From NCBI GenBank assembly GCA_038040455.1, contig JBBPIH010000039.1, forward strand, positions 4,998 to 68,997: a stretch of DNA of 64,000 nt. Reading direction: 5' to 3'. This stretch comes from Acidobacteriota bacterium. Lineage in GTDB: Bacteria; Acidobacteriota; Blastocatellia; UBA7656. Below, one piece after another: positions 10,114-19,684 of this stretch (the stretch's first letter is position 1; each line of letters opens with the position of its first letter). A program made the translations under genes and the position numbers. The notes under the pieces are model-generated. The model had not been told where the DNA came from and searched no databases. It saw only the letters and a program-made list of their open reading frames with translations.

Positions 10114-10803
10114 TTATTGCTCAGGTCGAATTCGTCCGTGCCCGTTTCCTTTCGCCATTTGCTGAATTCTTATTCGATCGCTGTAATCGGATAGTGCGGA
10201 AGTTACGTACGGTCTCAGCCGGCTGAGCCGAAGCCTTGTCGAGGTCATTTCTAGAAATGCCTGCTTTGCATCGTTGTCGATGGGCAACGCTGACGCAACC
10301 AACAAAGAGAAAGCCTCTGGCTCGTCGGGGAGATCCTGATTGACGGGAGCAGAGGACTCGTCAAGCGCTTGCGCGGCTACCAGGAATTTCCTGCACATTT
10401 CCACCAGGTCGTCGAAGATTCGATTCAAGTCGGCTCCAGGTTCGAGATCATCGGTTACGGGTTCAATCCTCGCCACAACGAACGGCATTGACTGTTGCAA
10501 TGCAAGGACCCTGTAGCGGATCAAGCCTGTGGAGATGATGTTCATCCTGCCTCCTTCAAGCGGTACGACGGCGTTGATCTTCGCAACACAACCGATGCTG
10601 CCGGTCGTTGGAGGAGTCTCGTGCCCGATCGCGGCGTCGCTGCGGTATAACAATCCAAACACTCCGCCGTTCTCGAGCGCGTAACGGATCATTCTCTTGT
10701 AGCGGTCCTCGAAGATGTGCAAAGGCAGGATCGCGCCCGGAAACAGGACCGTCGCAAGCGGAAAGATGGCGATTTCTTCAAGATCTCCGAGACTCGTCGG
10801 CAC
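10114..10803 (-). CDS. LON N-terminal (substrate-binding) domain protein
   Basis: It carries IFPLATVLFPGAILPLHIFEDRYKRMI, the signature of the Lon_N/LON substrate-binding domain. There is no ATPase or protease domain. Confidence 0.55.
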   Translation of the reverse strand: MPTSLGDLEEIAIFPLATVLFPGAILPLHIFEDRYKRMIRYALENGGVFGLLYRSDAAIGHETPPTTGSIGCVAKINAVVPLEGGRMNIISTGLIRYRVLALQQSMPFVVARIEPVTDDLEPGADLNRIFDDLVEMCRKFLVAAQALDESSAPVNQDLPDEPEAFSLLVASALPIDNDAKQAFLEMTSTRLRLSRLRPYVTSALSDYSDRIRIQQMAKGNGHGRIRPEQ

Positions 10804-10905
10804 AATGCTGGAATTGTAGCATGTCGCAGCCGATAACTGTTGCGGCTGCGGGGACTGACGCGGCGGACCAGCGCATGGCGAGATTCTTGACTGTGAAAAT
10901 GCCCT

Positions 10906-11769
10906 ATGTTAGTTTCGACAAAGATGATAACGGGGTTCAACACTGACGTTCGGCATGAAGAACATGTGTATCACGTGCAGACGGAGGATGGGGGTTCAGA
11001 GAACCCTATTCTCGAATCGCTGATCTACGTCGGCGGCACTATCGTCGCTAAGAAGCTGACTCCTTACAGTGAACAGTTGGACGAAGGCGCTGACCAGGAA
11101 GCGATTGCGTCGCTGCTCAGGCGCCAACACCAGATCATCATCGCCGCAATCAAAGCTGGAAGGATTGACGACTTGATTCGGCATACCCGAAAGCAACAGG
11201 CCGGCAACGAGGCGCAAGAGAAGCGACCGAGTTACAAGCGCGAGGATGCTCAGCCTGATCGCTTGTCAGATTCGCCGAAGAAGGTCCGCGCAAGCGACGC
11301 GGTCGCGGCACCCGTATCCCCAGCGGTGATAGCAACTTCGAAGCCTGACCGGCCTTCGGCGCGCATCTCGGGTGGGCAGAAGGTCAACGCTCCGGCGAGT
11401 ACCGCTCGCGGGGACACCGGCGTTTTGAACTTCGACCAGGTGATCGCAGATTACGTGAAGCGCGGCTCGGATCAGGCGAGACTAGACGTAAGGGTGCTCA
11501 CCCCAGAAGTCTTCATCGCCGGCAGAAGCATCGGGCTCCGAGTTCAGGTTATGCATGACTCAAAGCCCAACTTGGATGCAACCGTCACAGTGAAGATCAT
11601 AGGCACTGCCTTCAAACCCCAGGTCTTCATTGGGCGCGTGGGCAGGGACGGGGTGGCAAACTTCAGCCTGGCTTTACCGGCCTTCACTGCGGGAACAGCC
11701 GCTATTGTAATTGAGGCGCAGTCCGCCGCCGGACGCGGCGAGCTGAAGAATCTGATTCGAAGAGCGTGA
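10906..11769 (+). CDS. hypothetical protein
   Basis: The 287-aa ORF lies immediately upstream of thiS. I recognise no motif. Confidence 0.35.
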   Translation: MLVSTKMITGFNTDVRHEEHVYHVQTEDGGSENPILESLIYVGGTIVAKKLTPYSEQLDEGADQEAIASLLRRQHQIIIAAIKAGRIDDLIRHTRKQQAGNEAQEKRPSYKREDAQPDRLSDSPKKVRASDAVAAPVSPAVIATSKPDRPSARISGGQKVNAPASTARGDTGVLNFDQVIADYVKRGSDQARLDVRVLTPEVFIAGRSIGLRVQVMHDSKPNLDATVTVKIIGTAFKPQVFIGRVGRDGVANFSLALPAFTAGTAAIVIEAQSAAGRGELKNLIRRA

Positions 11770-11791
11770 GCCGCACCGCAGGAAGGTTCAG

Positions 11792-12001
11792 TTGACCGTC
11801 ATCGTTAATGGAAATCAAACCGTTATTACCGAAGGGTCCGCCATCGGTGAGCTAATCAAGTCACTTGACCTAAACCCGGAACTAGTAGCCGTTGAATTGA
11901 ATAGAAGGATCATCCGCCGCGCCGATTGGGACTCGACAACGATTTCCGAAGGTGACAGAGTAGAAATTGTGCACTTTGTAGGAGGGGGGGAAGCGATGTG
12001 A
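11792..12001 (+). CDS. thiS: sulfur-carrier protein ThiS (with 4-residue extension after the Gly-Gly)
   Basis: The 69-aa protein has a ThiS-like beta-grasp pattern and ends ...VHFVGGGEAM. It has a TTG start with a ggaagg RBS and lies directly upstream of thiG. Confidence 0.55.
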   Translation: MTVIVNGNQTVITEGSAIGELIKSLDLNPELVAVELNRRIIRRADWDSTTISEGDRVEIVHFVGGGEAM

Positions 12002-12067
12002 TGCGTGATGCGTGACCGAAGCCTGCTGCTTTCCGGGTCACGCATCACGGCATTACGCATCACGCCT
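12000..12067 (+). promoter_or_regulatory. imperfect hairpin between thiS and thiG (gtgatgcgtgatgcgtgacc / ggtcacgcatcacggcattacgcatcac)
   Basis: The inverted repeat was read directly from the sequence. No U-tract follows it. Confidence 0.4.
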
Positions 12068-12083
12068 TAACATCGGACTAAAC

Positions 12084-12860
12084 ATGACGGATTCACTCAT
12101 CATCGCGGGTCGCAAGTTTCGCTCGCGCTTAATTCTCGGATCGGGGAAGTACGCAAGCTTCGAGTTGATGGTGAAAGCACTCCAGGCATCGGGCACGGAT
12201 ATGGTGACCGTTGCAGTCAGGCGAGTTAACCTGACTGATCGCGCTACCGAGTCGCTGCTCGATCACATCGACACGAAAAAGTATCACATCCTTCCAAACA
12301 CGGCGGGGTGTTATTCAGCGGATGAGGCAGTACGCACGGCAATGCTGGCCCGAGAAGTGCTCGACAACAACTGGATCAAGCTTGAAGTGATTGGCGACGA
12401 GAAGACCTTGTTTCCAGACAATCAGGGATTGTTGGAGGCGACGCGTGAGTTGGTGAAAGAAGGCTTCGTTGTATTGCCATATTTCAATGACGACTTGATC
12501 GTGGCTCGAAGACTGATCGATGCCGGCGCCGCTGCGGTTATGCCGCTTGCTGCTCCGATCGGTTCGGGGCTTGGGATTCAGAACCTCACGAACCTGAAGA
12601 TATTGCGCGAGCAGATACAGGAGGTTCCGCTGATCGTCGACGCAGGAGTCGGAACCGCTTCCGACGCGGCGCTCGCGATGGAGCTAGGGGTCGACGGAGT
12701 ACTTATGAATACCGGAATAGCTGGCGCATCGGATCCGGTTGCGATGGCCGAAGCGATGAACCTCGCAGTACGGGCAGGCAGGCTTGCATGTCTGGCTGGT
12801 CGAATCCCTCGGAAGCTCTACGCTTCGGCGTCTAGCCCCGTGACCGGGGCAATCGAGTGA
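12084..12860 (+). CDS. thiG: thiazole synthase ThiG
   Basis: It begins [23 protein letters not shown], the canonical ThiG N-terminus. The protein is about 258 aa. The track ORF beginning at 12012 has a non-coding-looking leader. Confidence 0.85.
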   Translation: MTDSLIIAGRKFRSRLILGSGKYASFELMVKALQASGTDMVTVAVRRVNLTDRATESLLDHIDTKKYHILPNTAGCYSADEAVRTAMLAREVLDNNWIKLEVIGDEKTLFPDNQGLLEATRELVKEGFVVLPYFNDDLIVARRLIDAGAAAVMPLAAPIGSGLGIQNLTNLKILREQIQEVPLIVDAGVGTASDAALAMELGVDGVLMNTGIAGASDPVAMAEAMNLAVRAGRLACLAGRIPRKLYASASSPVTGAIE

Positions 12861-12947
12861 GTGGGCAACCGAAGGTTTTAGGATTCGACTTTTCAATGCC
12901 GTAATGACTCTGAATCCGAGTTTAACTTCGGCGTTTTCAACTCTACA

Positions 12948-13619
12948 ATGGCCTGCAACGCGAGATTAGAAAAGCGTCTTTTCAGAGCCGGCTCAAAGTT
13001 GATCGCCGGTTCTGACGAAGTCGGTCGCGGCGCTTTAGCCGGGCCAGTCGTGGCAGCGGCGTGCATTCTAAACCTCGACGACCTGCCGAAGGGCATTAAC
13101 GATTCCAAGCAACTTACACGGCTTGAGCGCGAGCGGCTTGCCGGCGAGATTCAGAAAAGGGCAATCGCCTGTTCGATCTCCCGCGTGGAGCATAATGAGA
13201 TAGACCAGATCAACATATTAAGGGCTTCTTTGCGTGCGATGGGGCTGGCAATAAAAGCATTGCGACCGTTTCCTGACTATGTTTTAATAGACGGGCATCA
13301 AAGGGTCCCCGATCTAGACTGCCCCCAGTCGGCAATAATCAAAGGTGATTGCCTTTCCGTTTCCGTTGCTGCCGCGTCAATAGTGGCCAAGGTGACGCGC
13401 GACCAGTGGATGAAAGAGTATGACGAGCAGTATCCAGGGTACGGCTTCGCTTCACACGCAGGATACAACACTCGCATGCATCAACAGGCCATTGCACGGC
13501 TCGGCCCTTCGGCTATTCACCGGTTGACCTTTCGTGGCGTCCTCTTCTCGCAAGCCGCTCTAAACTTCAGCGGCCCCGAAGATGAGCAGCCGCTGTCATC
13601 GCTTCCAAACTCGGACTAA
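12948..13619 (+). CDS. rnhB: ribonuclease HII
   Basis: It carries GSDEVGRGALAGPVV and DSKQLT motifs and the RNase HII catalytic core. Confidence 0.8.
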   Translation: MACNARLEKRLFRAGSKLIAGSDEVGRGALAGPVVAAACILNLDDLPKGINDSKQLTRLERERLAGEIQKRAIACSISRVEHNEIDQINILRASLRAMGLAIKALRPFPDYVLIDGHQRVPDLDCPQSAIIKGDCLSVSVAAASIVAKVTRDQWMKEYDEQYPGYGFASHAGYNTRMHQQAIARLGPSAIHRLTFRGVLFSQAALNFSGPEDEQPLSSLPNSD

Positions 13620-13680
13620 CGCACCCCGCCCCAGATCGAGCAGAGAGGATTGAGGGAGGCCTTTGGCCTCGCGGAGGGTT

Positions 13681-16600
13681 ATGTCACTAAACAAGTCTAA
13701 GGCTCTGCGCACCGCTGAGAAATATGTACTTCAGGGCAAAATACCCGCAGCGATAGACGAGTATCGCAAGGTAGTTAACGCCGACCCCGGTGACCTTACG
13801 ACGATCAACACACTGGGCGACCTGTACGTCCGAGCGGGCCGGATCCAGGACGCAATTTTCAACTTTTCTCGCATCGCCGACAGTTATCGCGAGGGCGGAT
13901 TCACTCTAAAAGCCATCGCGATGCTCAAGAAGATATCGAAGCTCGACCCGACGAATGTCGAGACTGCGATGAAGCTTGCGAATCTTTATTCGCAACAAGG
14001 CCTCCTGGTCGAGGCCCGACAGCAGTACTTGCAAGTCGCAGATGCCTATGCTCGCGCCGGACAAACACGCAAGGCGCTCGAAGCTTATCAGAAAATCGCC
14101 GATCTAGACCCTTCCAACACATCAGTGCGCATGAAGCTAGGCGACATATACTCGCGTGAAGACATGACCGAGCAGTCGCACGATGCGTTCATAATGGCGG
14201 GTGCTGAATTCCTGCGCAAAGGCGACGGTGAGCAGGCGCTCAACGCCAATCTCAAAGCGATAGCCATTAACCCCGACAGCCGCCAGGCGCTGACTGCGAT
14301 TGCCACTATCTACACCCAGCAAGGCCAGTCCGATCGCGCGATCAACATTCTCTACGAGGCGTTTGAAAGAAACCCGGGCGATGTCGAGTTGCTGACGATA
14401 CTGGGCCGTACCTACTTGGCGGCGGGAATGATGGACGATGCTGAGCGAACTTTCCTCAGCCTTGTTGAGCTGGACAAGAACCGATATCACTACTTGCTCG
14501 AGGTCGGGCGCAGGTTCTTGCAGATCGGTGATCTGGACCGCGCGGCCGAGCAAATTGACGGCTGCATTGAGGTGTTGATTGCCAAGCGCGAAGAAGACAA
14601 AGCGATAGACTTTCTTCGGCGGGTTCTCGACAAGGAGATGAATCATATCGGTGCGCTTAAGCGGCTGGCCCAGATCTTCCTGCGCATCCGCGAAGATCAC
14701 AACCTTATCGCGACACTGAACTCCCTCGCCGAAGCGGCGATGCGAAAAGGCGACGATCAGGAGGCCATCGCGGCGCTCAGAGAGTTGGCTCGATTGGAGC
14801 CCGACGAGCCTCTTCACCTTCAGCGCCTATACAACCTCGGCGTGCAAGATATAGTCGAAGCGGACTCACCGGACGTAGTTCGCGCAACCGGCCCACTCGA
14901 CTTCCAGTCAGCGGCCTTTGACGATACGTTTGTGATACGACAAATCTCCGAGGCCGAGATTTTGGCTGGCCACGGACAGGTGGGTCACGCCGTTGAGATA
15001 CTCACTCAGATTCTCGTTCACGCACCGGAGAACGTTCAGGTTCACTTAAAGCTGAAGGACATCTATTTGCGCGCCGGAATCATGGACAAGGCCTCGCAGG
15101 AATGCCTTCACCTTGCGCGAATTCACGAAGTCAGGAGCGAATCGGCTCGCGCCAGCGATTACATGGCAGAGGCGCATCAGCTTGATCCATTGATCGAGTC
15201 TGCGCCGGCTGCATCTTCCACCGAGTGCGGCGAATTGGCAGATCACCCGCCTGTGCCTTTCAGTGAAGCGGCACCAGAAGCGGCGGGTCAGTCGTCGACC
15301 AACGGCGATAGTGGCTTCGAGATAAGCGAATCGTCCGGTTTGGACTGGAGTAGATATCAGACCGGGACGCTGACTGATAGCAGCTTCGTGACCGTGCCCC
15401 CGGAGATTTCGATCCCCGGGAGCGGACTCGGCACTGACAACGGAACAGGCCACAAATCTCACACTCAAGGAACAAACGCGTTCCGGTATAGCGATACACT
15501 TGTCGGTGATCCCGCCGATCGCGAGGCTGCTCCTGCCGCCGATATGGTCTTCGACTCGGCGAGCCTGTTGCCCTCTGACACGATGCCGCGAGTACTGCGA
15601 GACGAACTGGAAGGAATCGATTTTTATATCGCCCAGGGCTATGTGGAGATCGCTCGTGACGCGTTGAACAGATTGCGAGAAGAAAACGGCGATCACCCCG
15701 AAATACTGGCACGGTATAAACAGATGGGTGGGAGCTTCAACTCTATTCCTGCTGAATCGGTGGAACCAGAATCAACAGCGCCGGTCATCGTCGAGCCTGC
15801 CGAGCTTGTCGATCGCTTGGTGTTGATGCCCGACCTTCCGAGCTCACTAGTCGATGACGAGCCCGAGGAAATGGTGGCTACAGAGTTTGAGATCACTGTG
15901 AGCGACGAAGAGACCGAAGGCTCCGAAAGCGAGCGAATCGACGGGGCACCGACGGAGTCTAACGAAGTCCAGAGCAAGGACAAGCCCTTCTTCATACAGA
16001 AGGAGTCGGGTCCGTTATATCCGGACCTCGTTGTTCAGTTGAACACCAGCGAGCTGCGGGGCCATAATCCGTTCGAGGCGCTGCGCCCGGTGGTCGACCC
16101 GGCGTCCGCACAAGCGCGCGTGGGCACGGGCGATCTCATAGAGTCGCTCGTATCAAGCATAGATTCCTCTTTTGATGCCATCCATCGACCCGGCCCCAAG
16201 TCGATGATCGAGACATCTCAGTCTGTTATTGACACTCCGCCGGCGTACGACTCAGTCCCTCTCGATCAGGCACACACAGGGGTAAGCGAGTCCACCGCCG
16301 TTGAGAGTGTCGCGAGCGTCCGCGAATCTATTGAAGACAGGTCCGCGCGGGTTGAGCTACAAGAGATCTTCGACGAGCTCAAGGAACAGACTGGCGACTT
16401 GAAGCCGCTCATCGACTTTGAGACGCACTACAGCCTCGGGCTTGCGTACAAAGACATGGACCTACTTGACGAGGCGATCTCCGAATTCCAGATGGCGTTC
16501 AGAACGGCCGGGATCGAGGATCTGGAGGGAGACTGCATCCACTGCTGCAATATGCTGGGAGTGTGCTTCAAGCGGAAGCAGATGCTCAAGGTTGCGGTAA

Positions 16601-16800
16601 TGTGGTTCGAGCGTGGCCTCAAGATACCCAGGCGGCTCGAGGACGAGTATCAGGCCTTGAGGTTTGAGATCGGGCTCTGCTACGAGGAAATGACCGAGAT
16701 CGATAAGGCCATAGAAGTATTCACGGAAGTATATGGAATCGACGTTAATTACCGCAAAGTGGGCGATAAGCTAAAGCAGTTGCGGGCCGCAAAGACGTAG
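13681..16800 (+). CDS. large tetratricopeptide-repeat protein with acidic low-complexity central region
   Basis: It shows repeated TPR-like 34-aa units (A..Y..A......A...Y). The start was set at the ATG at 13681, which has a ggaggg RBS. The TAG stop lies inside the 16797 repeat element. Confidence 0.6.
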   Translation: MSLNKSKALRTAEKYVLQGKIPAAIDEYRKVVNADPGDLTTINTLGDLYVRAGRIQDAIFNFSRIADSYREGGFTLKAIAMLKKISKLDPTNVETAMKLANLYSQQGLLVEARQQYLQVADAYARAGQTRKALEAYQKIADLDPSNTSVRMKLGDIYSREDMTEQSHDAFIMAGAEFLRKGDGEQALNANLKAIAINPDSRQALTAIATIYTQQGQSDRAINILYEAFERNPGDVELLTILGRTYLAAGMMDDAERTFLSLVELDKNRYHYLLEVGRRFLQIGDLDRAAEQIDGCIEVLIAKREEDKAIDFLRRVLDKEMNHIGALKRLAQIFLRIREDHNLIATLNSLAEAAMRKGDDQEAIAALRELARLEPDEPLHLQRLYNLGVQDIVEADSPDVVRATGPLDFQSAAFDDTFVIRQISEAEILAGHGQVGHAVEILTQILVHAPENVQVHLKLKDIYLRAGIMDKASQECLHLARIHEVRSESARASDYMAEAHQLDPLIESAPAASSTECGELADHPPVPFSEAAPEAAGQSSTNGDSGFEISESSGLDWSRYQTGTLTDSSFVTVPPEISIPGSGLGTDNGTGHKSHTQGTNAFRYSDTLVGDPADREAAPAADMVFDSASLLPSDTMPRVLRDELEGIDFYIAQGYVEIARDALNRLREENGDHPEILARYKQMGGSFNSIPAESVEPESTAPVIVEPAELVDRLVLMPDLPSSLVDDEPEEMVATEFEITVSDEETEGSESERIDGAPTESNEVQSKDKPFFIQKESGPLYPDLVVQLNTSELRGHNPFEALRPVVDPASAQARVGTGDLIESLVSSIDSSFDAIHRPGPKSMIETSQSVIDTPPAYDSVPLDQAHTGVSESTAVESVASVRESIEDRSARVELQEIFDELKEQTGDLKPLIDFETHYSLGLAYKDMDLLDEAISEFQMAFRTAGIEDLEGDCIHCCNMLGVCFKRKQMLKVAVMWFERGLKIPRRLEDEYQALRFEIGLCYEEMTEIDKAIEVFTEVYGIDVNYRKVGDKLKQLRAAKT

Positions 16801-16871
16801 CATAAACTTTAGTCTGTGTCCCGGCTCAGATGAGGGAGCGATCACCGGACACAGACTGAAGTCTATGCTAC
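16797..16871. repeat. 75-bp palindromic REP-like element, copy A (termini GTAGCATAAACTTTAGTCTGTGTC / GACACAGACTGAAGTCTATGCTAC)
   Basis: It has inverted 24-bp arms. Copies also occur at 17807..17883 and 28603..28678. Confidence 0.8.
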
Positions 16872-16875
16872 GAAT

Positions 16876-17262
16876 ATGTCAGTCAAGCTAACAATCGTCT
16901 TCTTCATTTTGATCTGTTTCGAGATCGGTATTCTGCTGGTTATCCTTCCGTGGGTCCCGAGTCCTTCCTGGAACGAGAACTACCTGCTTGTGCTTGCTGC
17001 CGACAAGATTCACTGGCCGTGGCTGGCGCTTGCGATGAAGAGTGGCTACGCACGAGGCGCGGTTACCGGCCTTGGTCTGTTGAACATATTGCTGGGAGTG
17101 TGGGAGATTATCAATTTCAAGAAGACCGCTCGCGCGTTTCAGGTGGAATGGCAAGGTGAAGAGACTTATTCAAGATCCCTCGACGCCACTGGTATACGTG
17201 ATAACCGACCGCCGGTTGCTATCCCGCCAGTCCAGGATCCCGGACCTGACCTTCCTGATTGA
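16876..17262 (+). CDS. possible small two-TM membrane protein
   Basis: The N-terminus is hydrophobic. The ORF overlaps thiE by about 107 nt in another frame, so its real extent is uncertain. Confidence 0.3.
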   Translation: MSVKLTIVFFILICFEIGILLVILPWVPSPSWNENYLLVLAADKIHWPWLALAMKSGYARGAVTGLGLLNILLGVWEIINFKKTARAFQVEWQGEETYSRSLDATGIRDNRPPVAIPPVQDPGPDLPD

Positions 17263-17815
17263 GTTCGCAGATCGCGCAGTCGCTGCCGGGGTCGATATCG
17301 TGCAGATTCGCGAACCGGACCTCTCGGCTCGCGATCTGTTGTTCGTGGCTGAAGCTACGAGAGAGTTCGCTTGCCAGTCAAGGGCTTGGGTCCTGATCAA
17401 CGACCGTGCCGATATCGCTGCAAGCGCCGCGGTCGGAGTACATCTTACAACTAGATCGTTGACTGCCGAAGTAATACGGAGAGCGTTCGGCCCAGATCTG
17501 GTCGTCGGAGTATCGACCCACTCATTCGAGGAAGCGACCACCGCTGAACGCGGCGGCGCTGACTTCATAGTCTTCGGACCCGTTTTCGAGACCGCGAGTA
17601 AGAAGCAGTATGGCGAGCCCGTTGGACTTGAAGCATTGCATCGGGTCGCGACACGTTTGAGCATTCCGGTTCTCGCACTTGGAGGCATTAAGCAATCCAA
17701 CTTTCGCGAGGCGCTTGACGCCGGGGCTGCGGGAGTGGCCGGTATATCGATGTTTACCGAAGCGCCTGATCTCAGTAGACTGGTGGCTACGATAAAGGGC
17801 CACGGCGTAGCATAG
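17156..17815 (+). CDS. thiE: thiamine-phosphate synthase
   Basis: It carries VYVITDRR, VQIREPDL, GVHL and GVSTHS motifs and ISMF near the C-terminus. It has a GTG start. Its stop lies inside repeat copy B. Confidence 0.8.
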   Translation: MKRLIQDPSTPLVYVITDRRLLSRQSRIPDLTFLIEFADRAVAAGVDIVQIREPDLSARDLLFVAEATREFACQSRAWVLINDRADIAASAAVGVHLTTRSLTAEVIRRAFGPDLVVGVSTHSFEEATTAERGGADFIVFGPVFETASKKQYGEPVGLEALHRVATRLSIPVLALGGIKQSNFREALDAGAAGVAGISMFTEAPDLSRLVATIKGHGVA

Positions 17816-17883
17816 ACTTTAGTCTGTTTGCGGTCGATCGCGACTTACGACCGCCCAAGTACATAGACTAAAGTCTATGCTAC
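17807..17883. repeat. palindromic REP-like element, copy B
   Basis: Its termini are GTAGCATAGACTTTAGTCTGTTTG / CATAGACTAAAGTCTATGCTAC. Confidence 0.8.
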
Positions 17884-17905
17884 GTCTGTCGAAATCGACT
17901 TCATC

Positions 17906-18721
17906 ATGATCACATCAATCCACCCGCCTGTTGTGTTGACCATCGCGGGGCTCGACCCTTCAGGAGGCGCGGGAATTCTTGCCGACATCAAAACGATCAG
18001 CGCCTTCGGATGCTACGGAGTTGCTGCCGTCACGAGCTTGACTTTCCAAAACACGCAGCAAGTCTACGGCACACTCGATCAGAGCGCAGAGACCGCCCGG
18101 CGGCAAATCGAGCCGCTATTCGAGGATTTTGAGATTGCCGCTGTCAAGACGGGCATGCTGCCGACCGCTGAGGTCATTCGAGAGATAGCCGCGCTAATCG
18201 AGGCCAAAGGTATTCCTATAGTCGTGGTCGATCCGGTTTTGAGAAGCTCCAGCGGCTTTGACCTCGTGACTGACCAAGCCGCCGGCGCGCTCATGAGCTG
18301 CCTGTTTCCGCTGGCGTCACTGGTAACGCCTAATGTTGCTGAGGTCCGCCGCATTACCGGCGTGGACGTTAAGAATCATGCTGAAATGGAACGCGCGGCG
18401 GAAGCAACTCTGAAGCTCGGTGCACGCGCGGTGCTGATCACTGGTGGCGATGCAGACTCCGACTTATCGGCGGACCTGCTGCTCGATGGGGAAGGAGCGG
18501 TTGTATACAGTACAGAACGAATCAGGTCGAAGCACACACATGGCACAGGCTGCACGCTGGCTTCCGCACTTGCCTGTTTGCTAGCACGAGGACTGTCGCT
18601 ACGCGAATCGGTTCCAATCGCTAAGCGATATATCAAGGCGGCCATTCGCAGCGCGCCTGGCATCGGTCACGGCCACGGCCCACTCAACCACTTGCCGCCC
18701 GGGTTCGAGATCGCGAACTAA
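17906..18721 (+). CDS. thiD: hydroxymethylpyrimidine/phosphomethylpyrimidine kinase
   Basis: It carries VLTIAGLDPSGGAGI, the AVKTGML..VVDPV block and the HTHGTGCTLASALA anion hole, all typical of ThiD. Confidence 0.85.
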   Translation: MITSIHPPVVLTIAGLDPSGGAGILADIKTISAFGCYGVAAVTSLTFQNTQQVYGTLDQSAETARRQIEPLFEDFEIAAVKTGMLPTAEVIREIAALIEAKGIPIVVVDPVLRSSSGFDLVTDQAAGALMSCLFPLASLVTPNVAEVRRITGVDVKNHAEMERAAEATLKLGARAVLITGGDADSDLSADLLLDGEGAVVYSTERIRSKHTHGTGCTLASALACLLARGLSLRESVPIAKRYIKAAIRSAPGIGHGHGPLNHLPPGFEIAN

Positions 18722-18931
18722 CATCACCAGACGGCGACGATTAGACTGCCCATCCTCAAACGGACAACATTAAGCTAGGAGCCCTTCCTGTGATTTGCTA
18801 TACTCGTTGCCGCGCCAGGCAGGAGGCGCTTCCTCAGAAATAGAAATCGCCCTAAAGCATATAATAGTGGGACCGTGGCGGAAGTGTAAAAGCTGAGCGA
18901 CCAGTCCCTTTTGGAAGGGCGGGGTAACCGT

Positions 18932-19636
18932 ATGGGGGATGCGTGCTGGGTGGCTGTTGAACTGACGGTTTACGAATTACTAAAGCGGTGTCTAGAGCGT
19001 CCTCCTGACGAGGTTGCCTGGCAAGAATTTGTCTATCGGTACCATCGGGCGATCAAGGCCAGTGTCGCGAAGACCTTTCGTCTCAGGGTGAGTCAAGAAA
19101 CAGAGCGCCGCGCGCAGTTCCCGGATGACCTCATCGAAGACCTGGTGCAGACGGTGTATGTCCGCCTGGTCGAGGAAGGGAACCGCGCGCTGGATCGCTT
19201 TGAAGGCGAGCACGAGAATTCAATATTCCGGTACTTGGGGATCATCTCGATCAACGTAGTGCGCGATCACTTCAGAGAAGCAAAGGCTCAGAAGAGACCG
19301 AAGGTGACTTTTTCGCTCGACGAACTGCTGGATAACGCGGGCGAGGGAGGGATACTCAAAGACGCGATCAGCAGCATCGACGGCAACCCCATAATGGGGT
19401 CGGCATTGAATCTCACGATGGAGGATGTCGAGGCCGCACTGAGACGATCGGTCAGCCGCAGACATCGAGACCGCGACGCGCTGATTTTCAAGCTACGCTA
19501 TTTCGACGGGTTGACTCTCGAGGAAATCAGAAAGGCCCTTGGGCTTGATATCTCCCCAATGGGCATCGGCTCAATACTGAATCGCATCAACGGCAAGCTT
19601 AGAGCGCGATTGACCCGTCCCCCGAGGAACCTCTGA
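18932..19636 (+). CDS. sigma-70 family (ECF-like) RNA polymerase sigma factor
   Basis: It has a region-2-like block (DLVQTVYVRL) and a C-terminal region-4 HTH (LTLEEIRKALGLDISPMGIGSILNRINGKLR). The ATG at 18932 follows a G-rich RBS. Confidence 0.5.
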   Translation: MGDACWVAVELTVYELLKRCLERPPDEVAWQEFVYRYHRAIKASVAKTFRLRVSQETERRAQFPDDLIEDLVQTVYVRLVEEGNRALDRFEGEHENSIFRYLGIISINVVRDHFREAKAQKRPKVTFSLDELLDNAGEGGILKDAISSIDGNPIMGSALNLTMEDVEAALRRSVSRRHRDRDALIFKLRYFDGLTLEEIRKALGLDISPMGIGSILNRINGKLRARLTRPPRNL

Positions 19637-19684
19637 ACTCGTGCCCGTTACGCGCTGTCTCGGAGCCTTGGCGAATCCGCAATA

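Noticed and set aside
10803-12084. TPP riboswitch (THI element) ahead of the thiamine genes
   Set aside because: I scanned the regions upstream of the 10906 ORF/thiS, thiG, thiE and thiD. No CUGAGA...ACCUGAUCUGGAUAAUGCCAGCG-type core was found, only a simple hairpin between thiS and thiG.
16876-17262. 128-aa small membrane ORF treated as a confident gene
   Set aside because: It is retained only at low confidence. It overlaps thiE by more than 100 nt, and its C-terminal half looks non-coding. Only the hydrophobic N-terminus is plausible.
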